A stretch of DNA of 64,000 bases, taken from IMG/VR virus record IMGVR_UViG_3300020577_004280, positions 32,001-96,000 of that record, one strand, 5' to 3'. The notes beneath the pieces are model-generated. The model was not told the DNA's origin. It ran no database searches and worked only from the letters and a program-made list of their open reading frames with translations. The stretch is from a virus (taxonomy: Duplodnaviria > Caudoviricetes). A program made the translations under genes and the position numbers. Below, one piece after another: positions 1 to 9,668 of this stretch (the first letter of the stretch is position 1; each line of letters begins with the position of its first letter).

Positions 1-73
1 TTAGGATATGCATTAGAATTTGATTATGGAGTATGGACGCCTATTATTATTGCTATAATTTCTGGTTTACTAG

Positions 74-523
74 ATGCTGTACGTAGAGCATTTAAGAATA
101 ATGTATAAAGAGGATAAAATGTTAAAGATTCTAAATTTTAAAACTGTAGGTTATTTAATCCTAGCTTACGCTGGTGTATCATTTGCGTTAGCTAACACAG
201 GTGTTATTCAGGGGGTTGATGGTACTTGGTATAATAAGTTAATAATGACTATTCTGACTGGTGTTGCGTCAATCTATTTAAACGGTCAGGGTTTCACATT
301 ACAAGGAGTGCTTGCTAAGATTTTAGCTTATTTTAAGGTTGGTCCAATTGTAGAAACAATTGATACATCAATTCTTGACGATATCAATGATATTGCCGAA
401 GCACTAAAATTGGCTGGTGACGACGTTGGTGTCGGATTATGCAAACAACTTAACGTTCATGTGTTTGACTCAATCTACTCGACTAAAATTAAAGTTGAAG
501 CCAGTTCAGTGGAGAAAGTGTAA
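74..523 (+). CDS. hypothetical membrane protein
   Basis: ORF with two hydrophobic segments; probable start at ATG 119 after AGAGGA. Confidence 0.6.
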   Translation: MLYVEHLRIMYKEDKMLKILNFKTVGYLILAYAGVSFALANTGVIQGVDGTWYNKLIMTILTGVASIYLNGQGFTLQGVLAKILAYFKVGPIVETIDTSILDDINDIAEALKLAGDDVGVGLCKQLNVHVFDSIYSTKIKVEASSVEKV

Positions 524-525
524 TA

Positions 526-999
526 ATGAAGAAAGTAATTTTATCATTAGGATTATGTCTGATATTTACAGGATGTTTGATTCAACCATCTGATGTTAAA
601 TTACCAAATTTCAACACTAACTCAAACAACGTCGGGAAAATCGACGACTCAAGGGGGGTGATTCCTAAAATCGTAGAGTCTCTTAAAGATGCTTCTAAGG
701 AAGATTGCCTACACCACGCTAAGGTATTTCTAGGTTTATCAGAATTTTTGAAGAACTCGAAAGCTATCACTAAAACAACACAACTAGCACCACCGTCTGG
801 CGTGGTGGGAAGTATTCAAAAAGATTACGGTTGGGAAATCAGTAAGAATAAAACGTTTACAGATTTGATTGAAGCTGATATGACTAATTATCTTGAGTTG
901 AAGAAACCAAGAGATATTGATGACACACTACGTGTGAAGATGGTTGAGACGTTTAGCCTCTATGGAAAAGGGGCGTTGAAGGCTGCTTCAGGAAAATAA
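526..999 (+). CDS. putative lipoprotein
   Basis: MKK + hydrophobic stretch + lipobox-like FTGC. Confidence 0.6.
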   Translation: MKKVILSLGLCLIFTGCLIQPSDVKLPNFNTNSNNVGKIDDSRGVIPKIVESLKDASKEDCLHHAKVFLGLSEFLKNSKAITKTTQLAPPSGVVGSIQKDYGWEISKNKTFTDLIEADMTNYLELKKPRDIDDTLRVKMVETFSLYGKGALKAASGK

Positions 1000-1017
1000 T
1001 AAGGAGAAAATAGGAAA

Positions 1018-2115
1018 ATGGCAAAGGAATGGACTGAGCAAGAAATTCAGTATTTGATAAACAATAGAACATGTTTGAAAAATATAGAAATTGCTAAAAA
1101 TTTAAACAGAAGTTTGGCATCAGTTAATCATAAAATTGCAAGACTAGATTTAGATAATAAAGTTATATGGTCTGAAGATGATACTAAATTTTTAGTAGAT
1201 AATTATCAAAATATGAACAATGCTGTTATCGCTAAAAAATTGGGTTTTACCGAAACTGCGGTAGCCCATAAAGCTAATAGAATGGGTATTACAAGAGATA
1301 AAAGTTGTGTTAGAAAGTATCAATGTAATGATAATTATTTTGATAATTTTTCACATAATATGGCTTACATCTTAGGTTTTATTACAGCAGACGGGTATCT
1401 ATATAGAAATAGATATACTTCTGGTAAAAAGTCTAATACTATATGTATAAAATTGCAAGCTAGAGATATTGAAATATTAGAATTTATAAAAACAGAGCTA
1501 GAATATTCTGGAGAAATATGCACTGATATAGCCAAAAATAATGGTCGGTCATATGTTTCAATTAGAATAAATTCTAAACAATGTGCTGATAAATTAGAAT
1601 CTTTAGGAATTATTCAATGTAAGTCTGGAAAAGAGAAGTTTCCAGATATTCCGCAGGAATTCTTATATACGTATATTCTAGGGTTATTTGACGGGGACGG
1701 ATGTATATATTTTAATGAAATAAAAGAAACTTACTGCTTTTCCATAGTTTGTTTAAATAAACAATATCTAGAAGATGTGCAAAAATTTACAGGTCTTGGC
1801 AAAGTTAGAGAAGTATCAAGGAATCATTTAAGTAAGCAAACTTTACATATTTTTCGTGTTACAAAGAAAGAAGAATTAAAAGTTTTATATCAGAAATTGT
1901 ATGAAAACGCAGAATTTAAATTAAATAGAAAATATAGTAAATTTACTAATACCATTAATTTTATTAAAAATAGAGTAAATAAATTAGTTAAGTATAAGCA
2001 TTTAGAAAATGATATTCTTTTATATAGAGAAAAAGATTTTTCATTTAAACAGATAAATGAAAGGTTTGGCGTTTCTAAAACACAGTATTACAGAATTATT
2101 AAAGGTTCAAAATGA
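1018..2115 (+). mobile_element. free-standing LAGLIDADG homing endonuclease with N-terminal Myb/HTH-like repeats
   Basis: Two LAGLIDADG motifs (ILGFITADG, ILGLFDGDG); N-terminal WTEQE/WSEDD repeats; no room for flanking intron sequence. Confidence 0.85.
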
Positions 2116-3017
2116 GTATAGAAAATTTCATTAATCTTGGTGGATGGCATAGAGACGATAGAGCGGTCGAAGAAGCTCTTAAACAATTAAGTGTGCCACG
2201 TATATGTCAGTCTCCTATTAATGGAACTGGAGAAGGTAAAGTAGCATTATTGTATCAACCTATAGTTAAATTAGCTGGTAAATATCCATTGCGCCTTCAG
2301 CGCACAGGGGATTGCGTATCTATGAGTACGGCTGGTATGGTAGATAATTTGACCGGTATACAGCATTTTATACTTGGTACTAATGAACCTTGGATAGCAG
2401 AATGTGCTAGTGAAGTTATATATGCTGGTAGTAGAGTCGAAATAGCTGGCGGTCAACTAGGCGGTGGAGCCGGGTCAAATAATATTTGGGCGGCAAAATT
2501 CGTGGCCCAATACGGAACATTAGTCAGAAAAAAATATGGTAATATAGATTTAACTACATATAGTAGTTCTAGAGCTGACCAATGGGGTATGCCTAGAAAT
2601 GGCGTACCAAATGAATTAGAACCTTTCGCTAAAGAACACTTAGTAAAAACATATTCACAAGTGAGAACGTGGGAAGAATGTAGAGCAGCTCTTAGTAATT
2701 TTTACCCGGTCACAATTGCTAGTAACCAAGGTTTTAGTAGTAATCGTCAAAAAGACGGATTTGCATCTCCACAGGGCAATTGGGCGCACTCAATGCTTTT
2801 AATAGGATGTAAAGATGATAATCGTCCCGGCGCGCTATGTATGAACTCTTGGGGCGTGTGGAATAGTGGACCAAAAGGTGATTATGATATACCTGATGGT
2901 AGTTTTTGGATTGACGCACAAGTATTAGAGAGAAACATCTTATCCCAAAATGACTCATTTGCGTTTTCAAATTACCAAGGTTTTGAGCCGCAAGATTTAG
3001 ATTTAAGATGGTCCTAA
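2112..3017 (+). CDS. papain-like (C1) cysteine peptidase
   Basis: Q-x-x-G-D-C (QRTGDCVS), His in WAHSM, Asn in MNSWG. Confidence 0.8.
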   Translation: MSIENFINLGGWHRDDRAVEEALKQLSVPRICQSPINGTGEGKVALLYQPIVKLAGKYPLRLQRTGDCVSMSTAGMVDNLTGIQHFILGTNEPWIAECASEVIYAGSRVEIAGGQLGGGAGSNNIWAAKFVAQYGTLVRKKYGNIDLTTYSSSRADQWGMPRNGVPNELEPFAKEHLVKTYSQVRTWEECRAALSNFYPVTIASNQGFSSNRQKDGFASPQGNWAHSMLLIGCKDDNRPGALCMNSWGVWNSGPKGDYDIPDGSFWIDAQVLERNILSQNDSFAFSNYQGFEPQDLDLRWS

Positions 3018-3122
3018 AATAATATTAGAACACATATGATGTATTTTGGTTTTGTATTTGGTCCGCCAATTATTAGTCTATTAATTCTCTTACTCGGATT
3101 TAAAAAATAAAGAAAAACAATT

Positions 3123-3728
3123 ATGAAATTTATTTTACTTATATTATTCACTTTATCTATTATTGGTTGTAGTAAACCTTATACTAAACTCTCTACTGAG
3201 GATTTGGTTACAGCTGAGGGTTTTACTGCTATTAGTGTAGCTTTATATCAAAAAAATGAACCAGTTGCTGTAAAAGAAGAAGATATTAAAGCTGTTCAAC
3301 AAGTAGTAAATGATGTTGTAAAAGTTCTACCAACTTTAATTAAACCTGAACCAGTCAAAGTACAACCCAAAATAATTGTACCAGAGAAGTCTAACCAAAA
3401 GACATCAGAAGTTATTACACCTAAAAAATATCTACGATTACTGAGCGCTGAAGCCGGATGTGGGTCATGTATACACCAAGATATGATTTTAATTGGTTCT
3501 GATTGGATTATTTTAAATGGTGATGAGAAAGCTAACGAAAATAAAATACCATATCACGGTATTCATGAACGTGTAAAATCACTAAACGATGAAACAAATC
3601 CTTTGTGGGTAAAATATAACGCATCATCTGTTCCACATTGGGACTTAATTGTAGATGGCAAAGTTGTAAATACAGTAGAAGGAGTATTAGATAGAAGCGA
3701 GCTACGTAGATTCTATCTATCCAAATAA
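3123..3728 (+). CDS. lipoprotein with C-terminal thioredoxin-like fold
   Basis: Lipobox IIGC; CGSC motif; SVP cis-Pro-like motif followed by VDGKVV. Confidence 0.6.
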   Translation: MKFILLILFTLSIIGCSKPYTKLSTEDLVTAEGFTAISVALYQKNEPVAVKEEDIKAVQQVVNDVVKVLPTLIKPEPVKVQPKIIVPEKSNQKTSEVITPKKYLRLLSAEAGCGSCIHQDMILIGSDWIILNGDEKANENKIPYHGIHERVKSLNDETNPLWVKYNASSVPHWDLIVDGKVVNTVEGVLDRSELRRFYLSK

Positions 3729-3732
3729 TATT

Positions 3733-4071
3733 ATGAATAAACAACAGTTTACGACATGGGCGATGCAATCTCCTGATACTAAGTCTTATACAAGTACTCA
3801 AAGTAAATTAGCGTTAGCTACATTGCCATTAGGTTATGATTGGTATGAACAAAATAAATCCAGTTTATCAACCGGTAAAGATAGAAAAGCAAAATATAAA
3901 CGTAGAGTTAAAAGCGAATGTAGAGCATATATATACGATAAGTTTAAACCTAACCCAGCAGATTACGGGTATTCTTCTGTTTTTGTCGCCTGGATTTTTT
4001 ACTGGATTCTCAGTGCAGTAATTAATTTTGTAATCAGACGACTCTTGGATGACTGGATTTTTAAAAATTAA
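3733..4071 (+). CDS. hypothetical protein with C-terminal TM helix
   Basis: ORF in operon; hydrophobic C-terminus. Confidence 0.55.
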   Translation: MNKQQFTTWAMQSPDTKSYTSTQSKLALATLPLGYDWYEQNKSSLSTGKDRKAKYKRRVKSECRAYIYDKFKPNPADYGYSSVFVAWIFYWILSAVINFVIRRLLDDWIFKN

Positions 4072-4083
4072 TCAGTTGATTCT

Positions 4084-4112
4084 AGGGGTGTTAAAACACC
4101 CCTTATTTTTTG
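4084..4112 (+). terminator. intrinsic terminator
   Basis: AGGGGTGTT/AACACCCCT hairpin followed by T-rich run. Confidence 0.8.
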
Positions 4113-4123
4113 TTTTTTATGAC

Positions 4124-4151
4124 TTGACTTCCCTTTTTTTCATTGTAGAAT
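4124..4151 (+). promoter_or_regulatory. sigma70-like promoter
   Basis: TTGACT-16 nt-TAGAAT; a second TTGACA at 4217. Confidence 0.5.
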
Positions 4152-4257
4152 AGACTTTCCATCGTAAACGACTTAGAGCGATTTTACGAATTCCGAAAAA
4201 ATTCTTTCAAAATCACTTGACATTTTTTGGATAGGACATTATTAACTTGTAAGAGTT

Positions 4258-5010
4258 TTGAAATGTGTAAAGGAGGTCTACAAAATGATAGATGAAAAGA
4301 GTTGTGAAAGTCTAACAGATGCTAACTATCAGGTGTGGTCAGTATTGATTAATGAAATAATTGAAAATGTTCAAGATATGTACATTGAGTTAGAGAAAGA
4401 ACAGGTTGGTAGAACATATAAAACTTGGAAAACAGAATATCTAGATAACTCCATTGAGAATATTAAACGCGCAAGAACAATTCTCATCCACATGAGCAAG
4501 TACACATACAGTAACAATGAACTTGTCAATCCAATCGGGATGATATCCATAGCAAAACGATACAAACGTTTACTGTATGATAACTTAGAGTTTGCTGAAA
4601 AATTTGGCTTACTTTTAATTAATACACCATTAACTCTTGGTATTCCATATAAAAGTGAAAAAGGTTTATTGGCTAATAGTGTCCAGTTAAATTCCATGTA
4701 TTTTGGTAACTTATTACCAATCAGATTATATCAATTCAATACTATCAAAAGAAGTATGGGTTTATTTTATACAAAATCGTATTATAACGTCTCGTGTTTA
4801 CGCGACTTAAGATGGTGGTGGGCTTTGACAGATAAAATTGAAGTTAGCCAAACATATATTAATATTTATCAAAAACAATTTTCTCTTACAGAAAAGCAAT
4901 TTGCTTCTAAAGTAAGAAATTATATTAAAAAACATAAAAATGTGTTACAAGAAATCAAACACGAAGAAGGTAAGTTAAAACAAAGATTATTTGACCTCAA
5001 ACTAATTTAA
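4258..5010 (+). CDS. hypothetical protein
   Basis: Long ORF; likely start ATG 4285 after AAGGAGG. Confidence 0.65.
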   Translation: MKCVKEVYKMIDEKSCESLTDANYQVWSVLINEIIENVQDMYIELEKEQVGRTYKTWKTEYLDNSIENIKRARTILIHMSKYTYSNNELVNPIGMISIAKRYKRLLYDNLEFAEKFGLLLINTPLTLGIPYKSEKGLLANSVQLNSMYFGNLLPIRLYQFNTIKRSMGLFYTKSYYNVSCLRDLRWWWALTDKIEVSQTYINIYQKQFSLTEKQFASKVRNYIKKHKNVLQEIKHEEGKLKQRLFDLKLI

Positions 5011-5029
5011 ATATTAATTGGAGATGATT

Positions 5030-5176
5030 ATGAGTTTAAGAAACGAGAAAGCTGATGCGTGGGGGAAAGCTAATACCTACGCTAAAAAACAGAAGAATAA
5101 ATTAGAAAGACGTAAGGCCAAACGTAATCCAGAAGAACCTCCAACTTACGGCAAATACAAAGGCTGGGTTTCATAG
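5030..5176 (+). CDS. small basic hypothetical protein (48 aa)
   Basis: GGAG SD, MSLRNEKADAWG...YKGWVS; below ORF-track cutoff. Confidence 0.5.
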   Translation: MSLRNEKADAWGKANTYAKKQKNKLERRKAKRNPEEPPTYGKYKGWVS

Positions 5177-5228
5177 CGTTAGTAATACTACTATTGTTAT
5201 TAATTTTGCTATAATTTTCTTCCTACGC

Positions 5229-5257
5229 TTGACATTTTATCCGCCGCGTGCTATACT
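5229..5257 (+). promoter_or_regulatory. sigma70-like promoter upstream of tRNA region
   Basis: TTGACA-17 nt-TATACT with TG at extended -10 position. Confidence 0.75.
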
Positions 5258-5504
5258 AGTCCGTCTGATTTGGAGAAAGCCAATCTTTTCTTTGAGTTTT
5301 TGATAGTAAGGTAAAATAATATGTTCAATTGGTTGTTCAAAAAGAAACCCAAACTAACAAACGAACAGTTAGCTAACGAAATAGATAAACAAACTATTTA
5401 TCATAATATATATTTGAAGAAATGAAAAATATACCATCTGAAGATAAAAACAGATTACTACAACTATATGGATTAATATAACGTATTCAATGTTATGAAT
5501 ATAC

Positions 5505-5598
5505 GCGGAATAGCCTACATGGAGTAGGAGCGGTCTTATAAGCCGTCGGAAATTTATTGAAAAATGAATCCAAGCTGGTTCGATTCCAGCATTCCGCA
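5505..5598 (+). tRNA. tRNA-Ile(UAU) with long variable arm
   Basis: GCGGAAT/ATTCCGC acceptor, anticodon loop CTTATAA, T arm GCTGG-TTCGATT-CCAGC. Confidence 0.75.
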
Positions 5599-5659
5599 AT
5601 ATAATTAAGAATTATTTATAATGGGCGAAATAAAATGTGAAGTTGTATATTGCTCTTTT

Positions 5660-5746
5660 GCAGGTTTCCCATAGTCTGGCCGATTGGGATGGTTTTGTAA
5701 ACCATTGGTGTTTATACCCGCGTAGGTTCAAATCCTACAACCTGCT
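5660..5746 (+). tRNA. tRNA-Thr(UGU) with long variable arm
   Basis: GCAGGTT/AACCTGC, ATGGT-TTTGTAA-ACCAT, GTAGG-TTCAAAT-CCTAC. Confidence 0.75.
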
Positions 5747-5779
5747 TCGTGGATATAACCGTATGGCTAAGAATTTTAT

Positions 5780-6397
5780 TTACGGCTTATTCTGTTTTCT
5801 TAATTCGTCATGTATAAGTCTATGACAATTTGAACATACCATCATACATTTATCTAACTCTTTTCTAACTGTATCTGTAAATACACAAGCTCTATGTGAA
5901 GAAATTGTAAATTCTTTTTGTGATGGGTCTCTATGATGAAAGTCATAACAAATATCAGGGTAAGTTTGTTTACATCTTTCACATACTCCACCTTTGTATG
6001 TTACATACTGAGATTTAATTTGCGGCTTAGCTTTAGATTTATAGGACGCTTGGCATGTATTACAGTAAGACTGATATCTTCCCGGTAAAGCACAATAGTT
6101 TTTAAAGCTGTGCCAAATTTTACATTTTGTACATTGTTTAGTTTCATTGATTAAATCAATAATTGGTAAATCTTTTGCTGGTCTACAGTTATAACACACA
6201 TATCTACTACCTTTATGAATATTAATAAATTCCGCTTTGCATCTTTGACATTTTTTTGACACGATTTGTTTATCTTTAGCTAGCCATAGCGAAACAGTTG
6301 ATGTAGACACCGAAAGTATCTCTGATATTTCTTTAATCCGTTTTCCGATTTTCATTAAATCCCTAGCTTCTTCCCTTAGTCTGTGTGGATATTTCAT
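5780..6397 (-). mobile_element. HNH homing endonuclease with N-terminal HTH
   Basis: CERC...DFHHRDP...CSNCHRLIH; antisense insertion in tRNA cluster. Confidence 0.8.
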
Positions 6398-6448
6398 TAT
6401 AATTCTCCTTCTCGTTCGATTGGCGTTGATAGAGACTCGTACAATATG

Positions 6449-6457
6449 TTATACACG
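6449..6457 (-). promoter_or_regulatory. putative phage-specific promoter motif CGTGTATAA
   Basis: About 50 nt upstream of minus-strand HNH; same motif at 19929 (-) and 15547 (+). Confidence 0.45.
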
Positions 6458-6694
6458 TTTTCTTCAAATTTGATTCAAATACTGTAATTTATTAAATAAT
6501 AAGTATAGATGTATATCTGAACCTATAAATCTTATATTGGCGACTAGGGCGTCCTTGCAAGACATAACGAAATAACGTAAACCGTTTGCGGTTGGTCGTG
6601 TATACGATTTGCTAACGTGAACTATAAGAATACTAATTATATTATCTACCAACACGAACCGTAGTATGTACTCGTTATATCTAACATAAAATAT

Positions 6695-6765
6695 GGGCTA
6701 TGAGTGTGATAGATGCACAAATCTCTTCTAAAGATTTAGAAGCCGAGCGTAACGGCTATAGCCTA
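6695..6765 (+). tRNA. tRNA-Arg(UCU), non-canonical T loop
   Basis: GGGCTAT/ATAGCCT, AATCT-CTTCTAA-AGATT, AGCCG-AGCGTAA-CGGCT. Confidence 0.75.
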
Positions 6766-6769
6766 CTTC

Positions 6770-6896
6770 GACCATATAGTGTAACAGACGATAAATAAAA
6801 CAGCACATCTATTTGACAAGCCTATAAGTAGTTACGATGTAATAGATGTAACAGTTAGATGGTATGGGTGGAGAATCGGGAGTCCCATTATGGTAA
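6770..6896 (+). ncRNA. tRNA-shaped RNA with expanded loops
   Basis: ACCATA/TATGGT, GTG...CAC D-like arm, ATCTATT/AATAGAT stem, ATGGG/CCCAT T-like stem. Confidence 0.5.
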
Positions 6897-7034
6897 TTGT
6901 ATATTCAATCATCACTTTATTAGTAATTGTAGTATTTTGTATATCAGTTCCATCTATAGAACAAAGTAGAGATAAAGATATCAAGTCTATGAGTTGGCCT
7001 CATAGAGCTAAAGTAGATTTTCTAATCTCTAAAA

Positions 7035-7727
7035 TTGAAGAATATTAATAAAGGAATTATTATGGAAACATTAGAACATGTAAATTTTCAGGAAATCGCG
7101 GAAAAGAATGTCTATCAAATTTCTCAAATTGACGAATCAGTATTAGAAAACGCTTTACCATTCGAGAATATTGATAGAAAACAGGTTGAACAATCAAAAT
7201 CTAGACAGAAACTATTAGACTATAAATTACTTGACCTCAGCTTCCTTGCGAAGAAAGATAAGAATGGATATCCTTTATTTAGTATCTTCCATACTAAGTC
7301 AACGCAATGCTATTATAGTGGTATTATACGCTGTAATAGCGGTCAAGTAGAATTCACAATACCTATTTCATCTGATGTGGTTTGGCGTCATGTTAAGCCG
7401 ATTATAAAAGACCTTTTAAAGAAAGCTGTTCTGAACTGTAAAAATATTATTAATACTCAAAATATTCAATTTAAATTAACTTCAAAATTTTCTGGAATTG
7501 TTCCAAAGGAAGTTCGTAATATTATTAGGGCAAATACTCACAAATTTGACCATGTTTGTATTATTTCTGAAGCAGATAACTGGACATATAATGAAACAGT
7601 AACTTACAATCCTCCAAATCCAGACCCTCTAGTAGTTGGTATTAAGGATGATTTAGCGTACTTGATTTGTACGTTTTATGTAACTAAACTTGAAAATTAT
7701 ATTAAGACTGAATTTACATGTGACTAG
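7035..7727 (+). CDS. hypothetical protein
   Basis: ORF; C-terminal DPLVVG motif; likely start ATG 7062. Confidence 0.65.
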   Translation: MKNINKGIIMETLEHVNFQEIAEKNVYQISQIDESVLENALPFENIDRKQVEQSKSRQKLLDYKLLDLSFLAKKDKNGYPLFSIFHTKSTQCYYSGIIRCNSGQVEFTIPISSDVVWRHVKPIIKDLLKKAVLNCKNIINTQNIQFKLTSKFSGIVPKEVRNIIRANTHKFDHVCIISEADNWTYNETVTYNPPNPDPLVVGIKDDLAYLICTFYVTKLENYIKTEFTCD

Positions 7728-7748
7728 TCGTCATGTTGGAGAAATCTG

Positions 7749-8036
7749 ATGTTAGTAGAACTTGTTGTCTATTTAAGCACTGTTATTGTAAGCTACATCT
7801 CCATTTTATGGATAAGACTAATCTATAGTAAAAAATTATATACATCTAATCTCAAATCAATAATAGTAGATATATTTATACTAGAATTAATATTATCGTT
7901 AATACCGATACTAAATATAATATATATAATATTCGGAATATTAGAAATCACTAAATCTAGTTCTATTAGACGAAGACTGATAGAATCAGTAGAATCAGTA
8001 GAATCAGTAGAATCAGTAGAAGAGAGCTATGAATGA
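7749..8036 (+). CDS. hypothetical membrane protein
   Basis: Hydrophobic segments; ESV repeat tail. Confidence 0.55.
   Translation: MLVELVVYLSTVIVSYISILWIRLIYSKKLYTSNLKSIIVDIFILELILSLIPILNIIYIIFGILEITKSSSIRRRLIESVESVESVESVEESYE
7981..8021 (+). repeat. 9-bp tandem repeat (TAGAATCAG)x4.5
   Basis: Seen directly. Confidence 0.95.
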
Positions 8037-8503
8037 TTCTTAACTTAGCTGAAGAAGGATTGAATGGCGATAAAAAATTCACTTTAAGTGAATTAAAGCA
8101 GATTATCGGTAGACTAAATGCAAAATATGGCGATAACGCTATTATTGGTTTCGATGCGGGATATAATAACGTAAATGCGTATCTCGCTACATCTGAACAT
8201 AAATCAGAAAATCTTACGTCTTTTAAAAAATGTAATGGTACCGGACAAATCTCCGAATATGTAGAAGTTGAAGCTAGAAATGCGTGTGATTGTGAGGCTG
8301 GCGTAAAACCAGCACAAAACAATGTAATTATTGGATACATGGATAAAATCGATTTCGATTGTGAAGTTGGCGGAAATCCAAACGGTAATATTTTCTTTAC
8401 CTCTATTGAGGATTTACAAAGGGAAAGAACATGTAGTGAATTTTGTGGTATTGTAGAGATTGAAATTAGACTAAAACGAGTAGTACAGGAATCAAAAGAA
8501 TAA
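8033..8503 (+). CDS. hypothetical protein
   Basis: ORF overlapping previous stop. Confidence 0.6.
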   Translation: MILNLAEEGLNGDKKFTLSELKQIIGRLNAKYGDNAIIGFDAGYNNVNAYLATSEHKSENLTSFKKCNGTGQISEYVEVEARNACDCEAGVKPAQNNVIIGYMDKIDFDCEVGGNPNGNIFFTSIEDLQRERTCSEFCGIVEIEIRLKRVVQESKE

Positions 8504-8523
8504 ATAAACCGCTTTGCTGATAT

Positions 8524-8595
8524 GGGATTCGAGTGTGATGGATAGCACAGCAGTCTACGAAACTGCAAGACAAAATTCGATTTTTTGGTTTCCCG
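8524..8595 (+). tRNA. tRNA-Arg(ACG)
   Basis: GCAGT-CTACGAA-ACTGC; T arm CAAAA-TTCGATT-TTTTG; two acceptor mismatches. Confidence 0.7.
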
Positions 8596-8615
8596 CTTAA
8601 TATTAAGGAATCATT

Positions 8616-8798
8616 ATGTTCGCAAAACTAATAGCAAGAATCTTAGCTAGACTAATCGGTGGAGCGTTTGTTTTTATTGGCACACTTGGCTTAATGGTTG
8701 TGAAAGATGTTTTCAGTAACCATCTAATTCTGATAGGTCTAAGTATTGTTTGTTTAATTACCGGCGGATTAATTGCTTGGTGTGGATTTAGAAAGTAA
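8616..8798 (+). CDS. small two-TM membrane protein
   Basis: AAGGA SD, two hydrophobic helices. Confidence 0.6.
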   Translation: MFAKLIARILARLIGGAFVFIGTLGLMVVKDVFSNHLILIGLSIVCLITGGLIAWCGFRK

Positions 8799-8810
8799 AG
8801 AACATAAAAT

Positions 8811-8898
8811 GGAAGTAAGCTACCTGTTGGTTCGGTAGAATAGTCTGCTAAACTATCCGTGAGAAATCGCGGCGAGAATTCGATTTTCTCTACTTCCG
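8811..8898 (+). tRNA. tRNA-Ser(GCU)
   Basis: GGAAGTA/TACTTCC-G, ATAGT-CTGCTAA-ACTAT, long variable arm. Confidence 0.9.
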
Positions 8899-8903
8899 CT
8901 TAC

Positions 8904-8975
8904 GCGTCATTCGTATACCGATTAGTATACTAGATTGCCATTCTAGGGGAATCAGTTTAATTCTGATATGACGCA
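8904..8975 (+). tRNA. tRNA-Gly(GCC)
   Basis: GCGTCAT/ATGACGC, CTAGA-TTGCCAT-TCTAG. Confidence 0.85.
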
Positions 8976-8993
8976 TTTAATTGGAAACTCGAT

Positions 8994-9392
8994 ATGAAAT
9001 CTATAGGCTCATTAAGATATGGAAATTCATCTTGGTATGCTGTATTGGATTGCTGTCCAGAGTTAGGTAGGTTATATAGAGAGCTATTTTATAGGTCTGT
9101 ATACAAAACTCGTAAGATACAAGCTACATTATGGGGTTCACATATCACTGTTATTCGTGATGAAGAACCAGTTAATAAAGAATTATGGAAAAAGTATGAA
9201 TGTGAATTGATAGAATTTACATACTCACCTATAGCTGAGTGTAATAGATACTATCACTGGATTCCAATAATTTGCCCTAGACTTGATGAAATAAGAACAG
9301 AGCTAGGTCTACCAAGTCCAGAGTATCCTTATCATTTGACTTTTGGTAATGAAGTGGTAAAACCTATAGATTATGAGGAAAGACCGAATTAA
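8994..9392 (+). CDS. putative 2H phosphoesterase
   Basis: Two HxT motifs (SHITV, YHLTF) about 65 aa apart in a 132-aa protein. Confidence 0.55.
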   Translation: MKSIGSLRYGNSSWYAVLDCCPELGRLYRELFYRSVYKTRKIQATLWGSHITVIRDEEPVNKELWKKYECELIEFTYSPIAECNRYYHWIPIICPRLDEIRTELGLPSPEYPYHLTFGNEVVKPIDYEERPN

Positions 9393-9616
9393 TATGATAT
9401 ACTAAATTTTAGCGTTAATTGTTTTATACATAATTCCGGTGATTGTTGATGTATTTTGTCTTTTCAAAAGAAAAGGGTTTTCTGAATTTTACATATTATG
9501 TTTTCTACCAGTGATTAATATCATGTTAATGATTGATTGTTATAAGCATTATTATGAATTATATATTATGAAACGAGATATGATTAAAAATATTGAGGAC
9601 TATAAGTAAATATAAA

Positions 9617-9668
9617 GGTCTGTTAGTATAAGAGTAGTACGCTAGACTGTCTATCTTGAGGCGCGCGG
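9617..9668 (+). pseudogene. 3'-truncated tRNA-Asp(GUC)
   Basis: GGTCTGT-TA-D arm-CTAGA-CTGTCTA anticodon arm; T loop and 3' acceptor strand absent. Confidence 0.65.

Noticed and set aside
1018-2115. Group I intron around the LAGLIDADG ORF
   Set aside because: Only 18 nt upstream and an ATGA overlap downstream; no room for a ribozyme core
5637-5825. 62-aa plus-strand ORF
   Set aside because: Overlies tRNA-Thr and the end of the HNH gene
7966-8568. Minus-strand 200-aa ORF and other short antisense ORFs in the track
   Set aside because: Shadows of plus-strand genes or RNAs with no motifs; only 5780-6397 and 19262-19879 are credible minus-strand genes
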